32,000 nt of DNA from Ktedonobacterales bacterium (lineage in GTDB: Bacteria; Chloroflexota; Ktedonobacteria; Ktedonobacterales; JADMIN01), in contig CP126532.1 of NCBI GenBank assembly GCA_030167145.1, positions 1,620,001 through 1,652,000 on the forward strand, given 5' to 3'. This document shows positions 16,538 to 24,498 of this stretch, piece after piece. Position 1 is the first letter of the stretch. Every line of letters starts with the position of its first letter. Under the pieces are notes generated by a model. The model did not search any database, was not told where the DNA came from, and worked only from the letters and a program-made list of their open reading frames with translations. The position numbers and the translations under genes were made by a program.

Positions 16538-16696
16538 GGCATTCACGGGGGTGCGTGTCAGGGGTAATTGTGCGGAAGGGCGATCCGTAATTGCCCTGCT
16601 CGAAGGGCATCCAGAGTACCCAGCATCACTACTCGCTGCGCTGTGCCGATTGGCATTCACGGGCGTGATCGTACGGGATCGTACAGGATCGTATGG
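16538..16696. promoter_or_regulatory. repeat-rich divergent control region: ggcattcacggg x2 (16538-16549, 16652-16663) and 10-bp tandem gatcgta(c/t)(g/a)g x3 (16667-16696)
   Basis: Read directly from the sequence. It lies between the divergent oxidase (-) and TIM-barrel (+) genes. The 10-bp periodicity equals one helical turn. Confidence 0.4.
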
Positions 16697-16839
16697 GAGC
16701 GAATGGGGAGAGTATCGCGCGAGCCACGCGGACATTGGCGGCTGCGCTATACTGGATAGCGACATGGCGCAAAGCGAGTTGTGGAAATGATGTGTGCGCA
16801 GAGCAGTTCTGCCAAAAAGATGTGAGATAGGAGCGTGGC

Positions 16840-17928
16840 ATGAGCAGTTCTTCAAATGAGTCACAGCAGCCTGCGGCACGAGTGAAGAATAGTGTGGGCA
16901 TCTGGGCGTTCGGGCCGAACGCGACCCGTTTCGTGCCGCCGGGGTATCATCCCGAGACGGCGCACGAGAGCATGCCGGAGCGCACGCGGCGCGTGGTGGC
17001 AGGGTTGAAGGGGTTGGTAGATGGTCTGGAGTATCACCATCCGGGCGAACTGAATGAGGAGAATGTGGATGCGGTGAAGGCCGAACTCGGCGGCATGGAT
17101 ATTTACTGCGTCTGCGCCGGTCTGCATCCCGACCCGACCTATAAGCTGGGCGTGTTCGTGAATCCCGATGAGCGGCTGCGGCGCGAGGGCATCGCGACGC
17201 TGAAACGCGGAGTGGACCTGGCGGCGGCGCTGGGCGCGCACTACATCATCTGGCCGGGGGCTGAGGGCTATAACTATAACTTCCATCGCGACTATGCGGC
17301 GACGTGGGACTTGTTTGTGGCGGGAGTGGGCGAGGTGGTGGCGCATGCGGCTGAGCGCGGTGTGACGGTGTTTCTGGAACACAAAAACTCTGAGCCAGCG
17401 ATGAATATTCTGATGCGCAATATCGGCATGACGCTGTATACGATTGATCGCGTGCGACGCCTGGGGGTGGATGTCTCGCGGGTGCAGGTGAACATGGACT
17501 GGCAGCATCTGATCATGAACGGCGAGAATCTGGCGGAATATGCGGCACTGCTGGGGAGCGAGGGGCGCATGGGCCATCAGCACGCGAATAGCGGCTGGGG
17601 CACGTTTGACGATGACAATATGACGGGGGCGAGCTTCTTCTTCCAGACACTGGATCTGGCGCTGACGCTGCAAGATATGGGGTATGGCACGCGGGGCGAG
17701 CGGGTGGGCTTCGATCTGTATCCGTATACCGAGGATCAGGTGGCGGCGGTGCGGCGGAGCGTGCTGCAATGGGAGTGGATTGACGATCTGGCGCGGCGGG
17801 TGGATCGCGCGGGGCTGGCGGAGGCGCGGGCGCGGGTGGATGCGGTGCGCGCGTATGAGGTGGTGTATCGCGCGCTGGGGTTGGACGCCGACTATGAGCG
17901 CATGATTATCGAGCGCCACCGCGCATAG
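16840..17928 (+). CDS. xylose-isomerase-like TIM-barrel protein (sugar isomerase/epimerase family)
   Basis: ATG at 16840 preceded by TAGGAGCG. WPGAEGYNY (compare WGGREG of xylose isomerases) and FLEHKNSEP (compare EPKPNEP). Metal-ligand-like residues in NMDWQHL and HQHANSGWGTFDDDN. Substrate unknown. Confidence 0.75.
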   Translation: MSSSSNESQQPAARVKNSVGIWAFGPNATRFVPPGYHPETAHESMPERTRRVVAGLKGLVDGLEYHHPGELNEENVDAVKAELGGMDIYCVCAGLHPDPTYKLGVFVNPDERLRREGIATLKRGVDLAAALGAHYIIWPGAEGYNYNFHRDYAATWDLFVAGVGEVVAHAAERGVTVFLEHKNSEPAMNILMRNIGMTLYTIDRVRRLGVDVSRVQVNMDWQHLIMNGENLAEYAALLGSEGRMGHQHANSGWGTFDDDNMTGASFFFQTLDLALTLQDMGYGTRGERVGFDLYPYTEDQVAAVRRSVLQWEWIDDLARRVDRAGLAEARARVDAVRAYEVVYRALGLDADYERMIIERHRA

Positions 17929-17968
17929 AACTCAGGTGTTACGGCGTTGCGTTAGGGGCGGCGGACTG

Positions 17969-18232
17969 CTATTCTTCCTCTGCTTGTGGGAAGTCGTTTG
18001 GGTCTTCGCCACGTGCGCGTGCGGCTTGGCGGCGCTGCGCGGCGGCCTCAATGAGTTTGGGGAACTCGGGATTGTTTTTTGTGCGTTCGGCAATCAGTTC
18101 GTCCAAGTCATCACGCCCGTCATCACGCCCGTCATCACGCCCGTCATCACGCCCGTCATCACGCCCGTCATCACGCCCGTCATCATCCCAGGTGTGGTCT
18201 ATTGAGGAGTCAATGTTGGTATGTCTGGCCAT
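17969..18232 (-). CDS. small acidic protein (87 aa) with (GRDD)6 repeat, paralog of 14063-14308
   Basis: ATG at 18232 preceded by GGAAGGGGGAT. MARHTNIDSSIDHTWDDDGRDDGRDDGRDDGRDDGRDDGRDDLDELIAERTKNNPEFPKLIEAAAQRRQAARARGEDPNDFPQAEEE. It starts 5 nt after the stop of the 134-aa gene. Confidence 0.75.
   Translation of the reverse strand: MARHTNIDSSIDHTWDDDGRDDGRDDGRDDGRDDGRDDGRDDLDELIAERTKNNPEFPKLIEAAAQRRQAARARGEDPNDFPQAEEE
18107..18187. repeat. perfect 12-bp tandem repeat gtcatcacgccc x6 (18107-18178) plus a partial 7th unit, in-frame in the 87-aa CDS
   Basis: Counted unit by unit in the sequence. It encodes DDGR/GRDD x6 on the minus strand. Confidence 0.95.
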
Positions 18233-18236
18233 ATTA

Positions 18237-18641
18237 TCATCCCCCTTCCGACTTCACTGTATTGAACGGTTCTTTATAGGCACTATATTTTGCAAACCAG
18301 CCATTCGCGCCAAACAGTTCGCCATGCATTCCGTCACTCAATGTCGCCACATTCACACCGTCGACCACGACTTTGATACGGTCGTCGTAATCGGTCTCTT
18401 CCTGCAGAAAGAATAGGAAATCGTGCAAGGCAGCATCCAGAGATGCTATGAGGCACTGGCGAACAATTGTCTGTTGCTGTTTGTCTAGTGAGGCTAAGTT
18501 AGCCTGTAACTGACCAAGCGCAGGAGCTTTCCAATGGTTCTGTGCCAAGCCATCATAGAAACTGATTGCGCGGTCTCGTAGACGCTTCATGAGCACTTCG
18601 CCAAACGTTTCCAATGGCTCACGATTTGATCTTTGGTTCAT
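18237..18641 (-). CDS. hypothetical protein (134 aa), AT-richer than its surroundings
   Basis: ATG at 18641 preceded by GCGGAGGTAGCTTGT (the track ORF to 18692 is rejected). MNQRSNREPLETFGEVLMKRLRDRAISFYDGLAQNHWKAPALGQLQ...LHDFLFFLQEETDYDDRIKVVVDGVNVATLSDGMHGELFGANGWFAKYS. No family recognised. Confidence 0.65.
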   Translation of the reverse strand: MNQRSNREPLETFGEVLMKRLRDRAISFYDGLAQNHWKAPALGQLQANLASLDKQQQTIVRQCLIASLDAALHDFLFFLQEETDYDDRIKVVVDGVNVATLSDGMHGELFGANGWFAKYSAYKEPFNTVKSEGG

Positions 18642-18819
18642 ACAAGCTACCTCCGCAAACTGCTCGTTAAAGTAGTTACTCTTCGTCACCAATACAAATC
18701 ATCATTCCTTTAACCATAATCTCATCGTGGCGATTAGCCCAACCTGGCTCACCACTATTGAGGATGCCCGCAGCGCGCAAAAGCGGATGGGCGCGCACCG
18801 CCATAATGCTGTTTCAGAA

Positions 18820-18847
18820 TTGACGGTGGATGCGCCGGATGTATACT
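18820..18847 (+). promoter_or_regulatory. candidate promoter for the 4-TM protein gene (TTGACG-16 nt-TATACT)
   Basis: ttgacg at 18820-18825 and tatact at 18842-18847. The hand-counted spacer is 16 nt. Confidence 0.45.
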
Positions 18848-18977
18848 CACGGAAGCGCAGCGCACCCACCTTCATGACGTGATAGTCTAGCATGTCTTGA
18901 CGATCCAGTTTTAGCGGACGGGGTTGTGCCCGCCCGCCATCGCAACCACTGCCACCAGCGCGCCTGAGGAGGTGACC

Positions 18978-19670
18978 ATGAATGATCCATTGACCACCCC
19001 GCCCACGCTATCGGATCGGAGCGGCGTCACCGATGCGGTGCGCACGCAGATTCTGGCAACCGAGCATTGGAGTCTTCTCGCGACCCGCAGCATGACCTGG
19101 AACGAAGTCTTCAGCCGCGCCACAATGTTCATCACGGTACTCTCGGCTGCTGTCGTGGCGCTCGCGTTGGTCGCGCAGGTGACGGCTTTCGGCACGGGCT
19201 TCCGCGTCTTCGCTTTGCTGGTGCTTCCCGTGGTGCTCATAGTGGGCGTGGCCACGGTCATCCGCCTGGGCGATGCCAACGGTGAGGACTTCATATACGT
19301 CCTGGGGATGAACCGGCTACGCCATGCGTACATGGAGTTGGCGCCCGAACTTGAGCCGTACTTTGTGACGGGATACCATGACGACGAGGCCAGCATCATG
19401 CAGACGTATGGTCAGGGCAACAACATTCGCCTCAGCCGCATCATTGCAGGGACGCCTTCGCTCGTGGCCGCCATCAATATCGTGGTCGCAGGCGTGCTCG
19501 CGGCCCTCATCGCCGCGACATTGGGAGCGCCAGATGTGACCGCCGTGGTGATCGGAACTGTCGCTGGGCTAGCGGCAGCCGCCGGCTTTGGCGCGCTGGC
19601 GTCTCGTTCAATCGCGCGTACACGTCGGGCATACCGTGCTCGCTTCCCGCGCTCACACGCGAACGCATGA
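18978..19670 (+). CDS. integral membrane protein, about 4 TM helices, unknown function
   Basis: ATG at 18978 preceded by GAGGAGGTG. Hydrophobic segments MFITVLSAAVVALALVAQV, FRVFALLVLPVVLIVGVATVI, LVAAINIVVAGVLAALIAATL and VTAVVIGTVAGLAAAAGFGALA. Confidence 0.7.
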   Translation: MNDPLTTPPTLSDRSGVTDAVRTQILATEHWSLLATRSMTWNEVFSRATMFITVLSAAVVALALVAQVTAFGTGFRVFALLVLPVVLIVGVATVIRLGDANGEDFIYVLGMNRLRHAYMELAPELEPYFVTGYHDDEASIMQTYGQGNNIRLSRIIAGTPSLVAAINIVVAGVLAALIAATLGAPDVTAVVIGTVAGLAAAAGFGALASRSIARTRRAYRARFPRSHANA

Positions 19671-19784
19671 CCTACTTTCTTGCCAAACACCGAATAAACT
19701 GTTCTTATGGCATTGCTGTGTGCGGTTGCTGAATAGTGCCCGGCGCGCCGCCATGCTGTCAGATTGGGATCGCATCCAGGTCGC

Positions 19785-20573
19785 CTACAGTGAATAGACT
19801 TTGAAGTCGCTCAGCCGAAGCGCAACGCCGGTGGTGGAGAAGTGGAGCGCCCCTGCGGAGAGCTGCGGCGCTTTGGCGCTGAGCGCTCGACTGACGACAC
19901 GGCCATCTATCAGCAGTGTGACGCCGGAGCCACGCACCTCCACGCGATAGGTCCGCGCGAGGGTTCCTAGCTCGAAATCGTGGATTTGGAAGGTATTCAC
20001 ACCGGTGTCTTGCTGATCTATCATGGGGTTGATGTACACCACGACGTGTGGGTGATCGGGAAACAATCTGCCCTGGCTGAACACGATGTGCTCGAACAGC
20101 GCGATGTAGCCATCTATGCTTGCGGTGGGATCGGCGCTCAGTTCATACTGCGTGGGGCCACTCTGCAATGCATTCATGATCTGGAGGCGTAGCTCCACGG
20201 CATAGTTGGGCGTGGTGGGCTGAAATGGACTGGTGATCTCGCGGTCGCTGGCCATATCGCTCTGCAAGACGCCGCCTGAGACGGACCATCCCGGCGTGGC
20301 TTTCCACCCAGCCAGCCCGTGTGACCAATCGGCCTGGTACACCAACTGTGGCGCGGCGGTCGCGCTGGCCTGCACTGTGGCTGTCGGCGCTTTCACACTC
20401 GGCTGCGCTGGCGCGCATGAGGCGAGAGCGGAGACGCCCAGGAGTATCGAAAGGATTGCGGCAAGTGTGCTAGCAGTGGCTTTTCCGCTCCTTGCCGTGT
20501 GGGTAGGTGGCCACGTTCCGCGCGTAACTGCATGCTCCTTTGGCCGTGCCCGCCTGCCCGTCGAGATCGTCAC
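19785..20573 (-). CDS. putative lipoprotein, unknown function
   Basis: GTG at 20573 with GGGGAG 7 nt upstream. Signal sequence with lipobox ...LAAILSILLGVSALASC. The C-terminal beta-rich region (TYRVEVRGSGVTLLIDGRVV...LRLSDFKVYSL) may be a jelly-roll/LamG-like fold, which is an unverified guess. Confidence 0.65.
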   Translation of the reverse strand: MTISTGRRARPKEHAVTRGTWPPTHTARSGKATASTLAAILSILLGVSALASCAPAQPSVKAPTATVQASATAAPQLVYQADWSHGLAGWKATPGWSVSGGVLQSDMASDREITSPFQPTTPNYAVELRLQIMNALQSGPTQYELSADPTASIDGYIALFEHIVFSQGRLFPDHPHVVVYINPMIDQQDTGVNTFQIHDFELGTLARTYRVEVRGSGVTLLIDGRVVSRALSAKAPQLSAGALHFSTTGVALRLSDFKVYSL

Positions 20574-20720
20574 GATAGTTCTCCCCTCTTGCGTTTGCCT
20601 TCATTCGCCATGGCGCGGCTTAGAAATAGGACGTTTTGGGGTGGGCAATCATTACGGGGCTGGGCGACAAAGAGAACCCAGGCGGCAAGGGGACTTGCGA
20701 CCTGGGTATGTGAGGGGAGA

Positions 20721-20795
20721 TGGCTCCTCGGACAGGATTCGAACCTGTAACCTTGCGGTTAACAGCCGCCTGCTCTACCGTTGAGCTACCGAGGA
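20721..20795 (-). tRNA. tRNA-Asn (anticodon GTT), CCA encoded
   Basis: Reverse complement is TCCTCGG-TA-GCTC-AACGGTA-GAGC-A-GGCGG-CTGTTAA-CCGCA-AGGTT-ACAGG-TTCGAAT-CCTGT-CCGAGGA-G-CCA. Cloverleaf folded by hand. 7-bp acceptor stem, GTTCGAAT T-loop, anticodon loop CT-GTT-AA. One G.A mismatch at positions 27:43. Confidence 0.93.
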
Positions 20796-20887
20796 ATGGG
20801 TTGGGTGGTGTGGGGCGTTACGGCCTCACAACGTTGACCAGTGTACACCCTCAGCGGTTGCCGCGTCAAGGGGAAGTTTGCGCTGAA

Positions 20888-21124
20888 GGGCGCACGCCGT
20901 GCGCCCCTCTTCGGAACGGCTCAGAGGGGCTGCGCTCTGCTTGCCCTACGGATGGATGCGCGCTCAGCCGTTCGTTGCGGGATGCGCGTGAGCGGGCGTC
21001 CACCGGACGCCCCTACGCAGGTGGGCAGCGTGCGCGCGAGAACGCCTGCGGTACAGGTGAAGGCAGACAGGAATGTCCGCCCCACTGGTCAGGGGGTGGG
21101 CAGACAGGAATGTCCGCCCTACTG
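20888..21124. repeat. cluster of REP-like hairpins between tRNA-Asn and secF
   Basis: B-variant gggcgcac-gcc-gtgcgccc (20888-20906). Family D gcccctct-tcggaacggctc-agaggggc (20903-20930). Family B gggcgtcc-acc-ggacgccc (20994-21012). Family C ggcagacaggaatgtccgccc(c/t)actg x2 (21062-21087, 21099-21124; 37-bp period). Confidence 0.85.
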
Positions 21125-21183
21125 ATGGAGAAGGCGCGCGGAGGAGAGTTCCCCCACGCGCCTTCCCAATACCGACCCAAGGC

Positions 21184-22608
21184 TTAGCGGCTGCCCGCGC
21201 CGGTGAGCGTGCCGACACGCTTGGTGGCGGGTGCGGCGGGCGCGCGCTTGCGGAACCAGGTGCGGTACTCGCGATTCTCCCAGATGCTCAGGATCATACT
21301 GGCGTTGAAGATCGAGGAGTAGGTGCCGGAGGCGATGCCGATGAGCAAGGCCAGCACGAACTCGCGGATACTTTCGCCGCCGAAGAGGGTCTGCGCGGCG
21401 AGCACCAGCAACACCGTGAGCGACGTGTTGAGCGAGCGCGACATCGTCTGGATCAGACTGGTATCCACGACGGAGTTGAAGGACTCGCCAGTGCGGCGGC
21501 CCAGGTTCTCGCGGATGCGGTCGAAGACCACAATCGTATCGTGGACCGAGAAGCCGATGACGGTGAGCACGGCGGTCAGGAAGAGGGTGTCTACCTTGAA
21601 GTTGAAGAAGTGGCCGAAGATCGCCCACAGGCCAAGCACGACGAGGGCGTCGTGCAGCAGGGCGATGACGGCGCTGGCGCCGAAGCGGGCCGCCTGGCGC
21701 ACGCTGCCAACCTTGCGGAAGGCGATGGCGATGTAGCCCAGGATGGCGAGCGAAGCGATGGCGACGGCCAGGAAGGCGGCGCGGGTGGTCTCACCGGCGA
21801 TGGCACCGCCGATGACGTTCTTATCGAGCACGTAGAGCGGGCCGAACTGATCTTGCAGCTTGGTGATGATCTGCGGCAGCGTGTTCTTGCCCGCCGAGGT
21901 ATTTACCAGGTCGGTTTGGGTGTTGACCTGATAGATCTGGTTGTTCTCACCGAGCATGACGCTGGTGACGTCAACCGGGAAGGTCTGGGCCGTGGGCGCA
22001 GGTGTGCCGGTCGCGGTCGGCGTGGCGGTGCTCGTCGCGGTGGCCGCTGGCGATGCCGTGGCCGATGCGGCGGCGGTTGGCGTGGCGGACTGGCCGCTGT
22101 TGGTCGTGGCGGGTGGCAGATCGGTGGCGGGCAGATTTTGTAGCGCCGCCTCGACCTGCTTCGTGGTCACCGCGCTATCGAAGAGGAAGACGATCTGCGA
22201 GACCTGCTTGCCGCCGACGGTGATGTCGTAATCGGTCTTGACGATGTTCGCATTCGGCAGCTTGTATTTGGGGTCGGCGAGCCGCTGCTGGACGGTTGCC
22301 TCTTCGCTTGTGCCGATAGGTCGGCTGAACTGAACGTAGACATAGCGCGAGGGCGGAATGGACGCGCTCTTGATGTCGGTGGAGGCGTAGACCGAGGTGT
22401 CTTGCGCGTTGAAGGGCTTGCCAGCGAAGACGTCTTGAATCTGGGTGGGGGTGACGTTCTTGGTCTGGAAGACGATATCAACGGTGGTGCCGCCGGTGAA
22501 GTCAATGCCGACGTTGAGGCCCCAGAGCGCCAGCGCCAGCAGGCCCGGCACGATGACGATGCCAGAGATCAGAAAGAACCAGTAGCGGTATCGCGTCAGA
22601 TGAAACAC
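21184..22608 (-). CDS. secF: protein translocase subunit SecF, with an enlarged periplasmic loop
   Basis: GTG at 22608, 3 nt after the secD stop. N-terminus FHLTRYRYWFFLISGIVIVPGLLALALWGLNVGIDFTGGT. C-terminal core FGASAVIALLHDALVVLGLWAIF...GFSVHDTIVVFDRIRENL...VDTSLIQTMSRSLNTSLT. 474 aa against about 300-320 for typical SecF as I recall. Confidence 0.92.
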   Translation of the reverse strand: MFHLTRYRYWFFLISGIVIVPGLLALALWGLNVGIDFTGGTTVDIVFQTKNVTPTQIQDVFAGKPFNAQDTSVYASTDIKSASIPPSRYVYVQFSRPIGTSEEATVQQRLADPKYKLPNANIVKTDYDITVGGKQVSQIVFLFDSAVTTKQVEAALQNLPATDLPPATTNSGQSATPTAAASATASPAATATSTATPTATGTPAPTAQTFPVDVTSVMLGENNQIYQVNTQTDLVNTSAGKNTLPQIITKLQDQFGPLYVLDKNVIGGAIAGETTRAAFLAVAIASLAILGYIAIAFRKVGSVRQAARFGASAVIALLHDALVVLGLWAIFGHFFNFKVDTLFLTAVLTVIGFSVHDTIVVFDRIRENLGRRTGESFNSVVDTSLIQTMSRSLNTSLTVLLVLAAQTLFGGESIREFVLALLIGIASGTYSSIFNASMILSIWENREYRTWFRKRAPAAPATKRVGTLTGAGSR

Positions 22609-22611
22609 GTT

Positions 22612-24174
22612 CTATTCCTCCATCCCGCCGGACTTGCCGGTCGCATTGGCGCGGCTGGCTGTGGGGCTGTTGCCGTTGCTGACGTTGCCGACCGGCTCCA
22701 GGGATTCGTCGTCTTCGTCGCTCTCCTCGTCGTTCGCGCTGGCCGCACGCGCGGGTACGAGCACGGCGCGTTCGGGCTGGCTGGCCAGACGCGAGGTCGG
22801 GCGGTTGTAGCGCGAGACCGGCAGCGCCTTCAGCGGCAGGCCGTAGAGCGCGGGGTGATTGGCGACACCGGCGAAGAGCAGGACGTTCAGGAAGTTGCGG
22901 GTGACGGTCACGGCGGTGAAGAGACTGATGAGCACGCCGAGCGCGAGGTTGATGGCGAAGCCGATGATCAGCGTTGCGCCGAAGTTGCTGCCGAAGAAGT
23001 AGAGGATCACGCAGGTGATGAGCGTGGAGGCGTTGGAGTCGCGAATGGAGGGCCAGGCGCGATGGAAGCCGATGTCAATGGCGGCGGCCATGGTTCTGCC
23101 CGCGCGTAACTCTTCTTTGATGCGCTCGAAGATCAGCACGTTGGCGTCCACGGCCATACCAACGGTGAGGATGGTGGCGGCGATGGAGGGCAGCGAGAGG
23201 GTGACGTTGAGGAACTTGAAAATCGCGAAGAGGAAGCCCGCGTAGAGCAGCAGCGCGATGTCGGCGAGCAGGCCCGGCAGGCGGTAGTAGATCAGCATGA
23301 AGATCATGACCATCACCAGGCCGATGATGGCGGCGCGCAAGCTGTCATACAGCGCCTGCTGGCCGAGAGTCGGGGCGAGCTGGCGCTCGCTGGCGACGGT
23401 TAGCGGCAATGGGAGCGCGCCGTACTTGAGGAAGGAGGCGAGGGTTTGCGCGGCGTCAATATTTTGCAGGCCAGTGATCTGTCCGTTGCCGTCAATCTCG
23501 CTCTGGATCGTCGCCGATTCGATGACCTTGTTATCGAGGATGATCGTCAGGTACTTACCGATGTTCTCGCGCGTGTAGGTGCCGAAGCGGGAGCGGGCGT
23601 CGCCGGAGAAGGCGAAGGTGACGATGGGGCCGCCGCCCTGTTGGTCAATCTGCGCGGCAATCGAGTTGGGGTCGAGTTCGTCGCCGCGGAAGACGATTTT
23701 GAACTGGCCGGACTGGCAGGTGACGGTGCAGGTTTGTCCGGTCACGTCCTGGCCCTGCTGGAGTTGCTGCGAGCCGGTGTCAATAACGTACATCTGGCCG
23801 GTGTTGCCGAGCAGCGCCAGGGCTTGCTGGTCGTCTTTGAGGCCGGGAAGCTCGATGGTGATGCGGTCGCTGCCCTGCTGACGCACGACGGCGTCATTGA
23901 GGCCGAGGCCCTGGGAAACGCGGCGATTCACATTGTCAATGGTGGCCGACATCTTGGAAGGAATGTCACAATTTTGCTTGTCCTGCGGGCAGGTGGCCTG
24001 CAATGTGAGCTGGATGCCGCCGGTGAGGTCGAGGCCCTGGCCGACGGTCAGAGTGTTTGTGTAGCCCGCGAAATTGATGGTGGATTTCTTGCCGCCCCAG
24101 CCGATGTCCACCCAGAAGGTGCCCAGGGCGAGTAGTGCGATAAACGCAAGCATAATCCATGTGCGACGACGCAT
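22612..24174 (-). CDS. secD: protein translocase subunit SecD
   Basis: ATG at 24174 preceded by GAGGGAG. LDLTGGIQLTLQA, ITIELPG, YLTIILDNKVIESATIQSEI, TM core GLLADIALLLYAGFLFAIFK..LSLPSIAATILTVGMAVDANVLIFERIKEE, and RAWPSIRDSNASTLIT. Acidic low-complexity C-terminal tail. Confidence 0.93.
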   Translation of the reverse strand: MRRRTWIMLAFIALLALGTFWVDIGWGGKKSTINFAGYTNTLTVGQGLDLTGGIQLTLQATCPQDKQNCDIPSKMSATIDNVNRRVSQGLGLNDAVVRQQGSDRITIELPGLKDDQQALALLGNTGQMYVIDTGSQQLQQGQDVTGQTCTVTCQSGQFKIVFRGDELDPNSIAAQIDQQGGGPIVTFAFSGDARSRFGTYTRENIGKYLTIILDNKVIESATIQSEIDGNGQITGLQNIDAAQTLASFLKYGALPLPLTVASERQLAPTLGQQALYDSLRAAIIGLVMVMIFMLIYYRLPGLLADIALLLYAGFLFAIFKFLNVTLSLPSIAATILTVGMAVDANVLIFERIKEELRAGRTMAAAIDIGFHRAWPSIRDSNASTLITCVILYFFGSNFGATLIIGFAINLALGVLISLFTAVTVTRNFLNVLLFAGVANHPALYGLPLKALPVSRYNRPTSRLASQPERAVLVPARAASANDEESDEDDESLEPVGNVSNGNSPTASRANATGKSGGMEE

Positions 24175-24320
24175 GAATGCAGTCTCCCTCGCTATTCGTC
24201 CCGGGTATCGGCGGATTCCGCCCCATCACGAGAGCCGGCCCGGCGGATGCTTCCTCGCGCTGGAACGCGGGCGGTAGGCATCAAGTGCAACAAGTGCAAA
24301 CAGATACGATATTCAGGCGC

Positions 24321-24349
24321 AGTATAGCCGAGACCCTGGGGTGTGTCAA
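24321..24349 (-). promoter_or_regulatory. near-consensus sigma70-type promoter for secDF (TTGACA-17 nt-TATACT)
   Basis: Minus strand: tgtcaa at 24344-24349 gives TTGACA. agtata at 24321-24326 gives TATACT. The 17-nt spacer was counted by hand. The resulting 5' UTR of about 140 nt contains TTGCACTTG x2 (plus strand caagtgcaa x2, about 24281-24298). Confidence 0.55.
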
Positions 24350-24498
24350 ACGACTAGGTATCCCGTCGCGCCGCAATTTGCCTGAACTGGCGGGCTACGA
24401 GCCGTATTCGTGTGGGCGCCTTCCATAAGGGTCTACGCACAAAGACGCATGAGGGTGGCGGATGGCTACAAATGGGGCATATTGCCGTTTGCTTCAGA

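Noticed and set aside
18702-18893. 63-aa minus-strand ORF in the spacer between the 134-aa gene and the 4-TM gene
   Set aside because: It has no RBS, its composition is odd, and it overlaps the predicted TTGACG-16-TATACT promoter of the divergent 4-TM gene. It is most likely non-coding.
13959-20795. Idea that 13959-20720 is a tRNA-Asn-anchored genomic island, given the TA cassette, paralogous small genes and AT-richer patch
   Set aside because: There is no integrase/recombinase gene, and I could find no direct repeat of the tRNA 3' end in the window. Metabolic genes of normal GC content (BBE oxidase, TIM barrel) are interspersed. Only the 18237-18900 patch looks compositionally foreign.
21062-21124. 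Possible CRISPR array (two 26-bp repeats with a 37-bp period). The 12-bp x6 array at 18107-18178 was also considered.
   Set aside because: There are only two copies, separated by 11 nt. The repeats are hairpin REP-like elements that also occur singly at 8981-9011. The 12-bp array has no spacers and lies in-frame in a CDS. No cas genes are present.
21073-24135. Long plus-strand ORFs (21073-22143, 22402-23109, 23446-24135) opposite secF/secD
   Set aside because: They are antisense to unmistakable SecD/SecF coding sequence. The translations are Gly/Asp/Arg/Ala-rich and repetitive, so these are shadow ORFs.
24175-24498. Search for a degraded jetD/mksG remnant downstream of the SMC-like gene
   Set aside because: The gap is only 324 bp, has no ORF of note, and contains a near-consensus secDF promoter. 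There is no room for, or trace of, a Toprim-domain gene.
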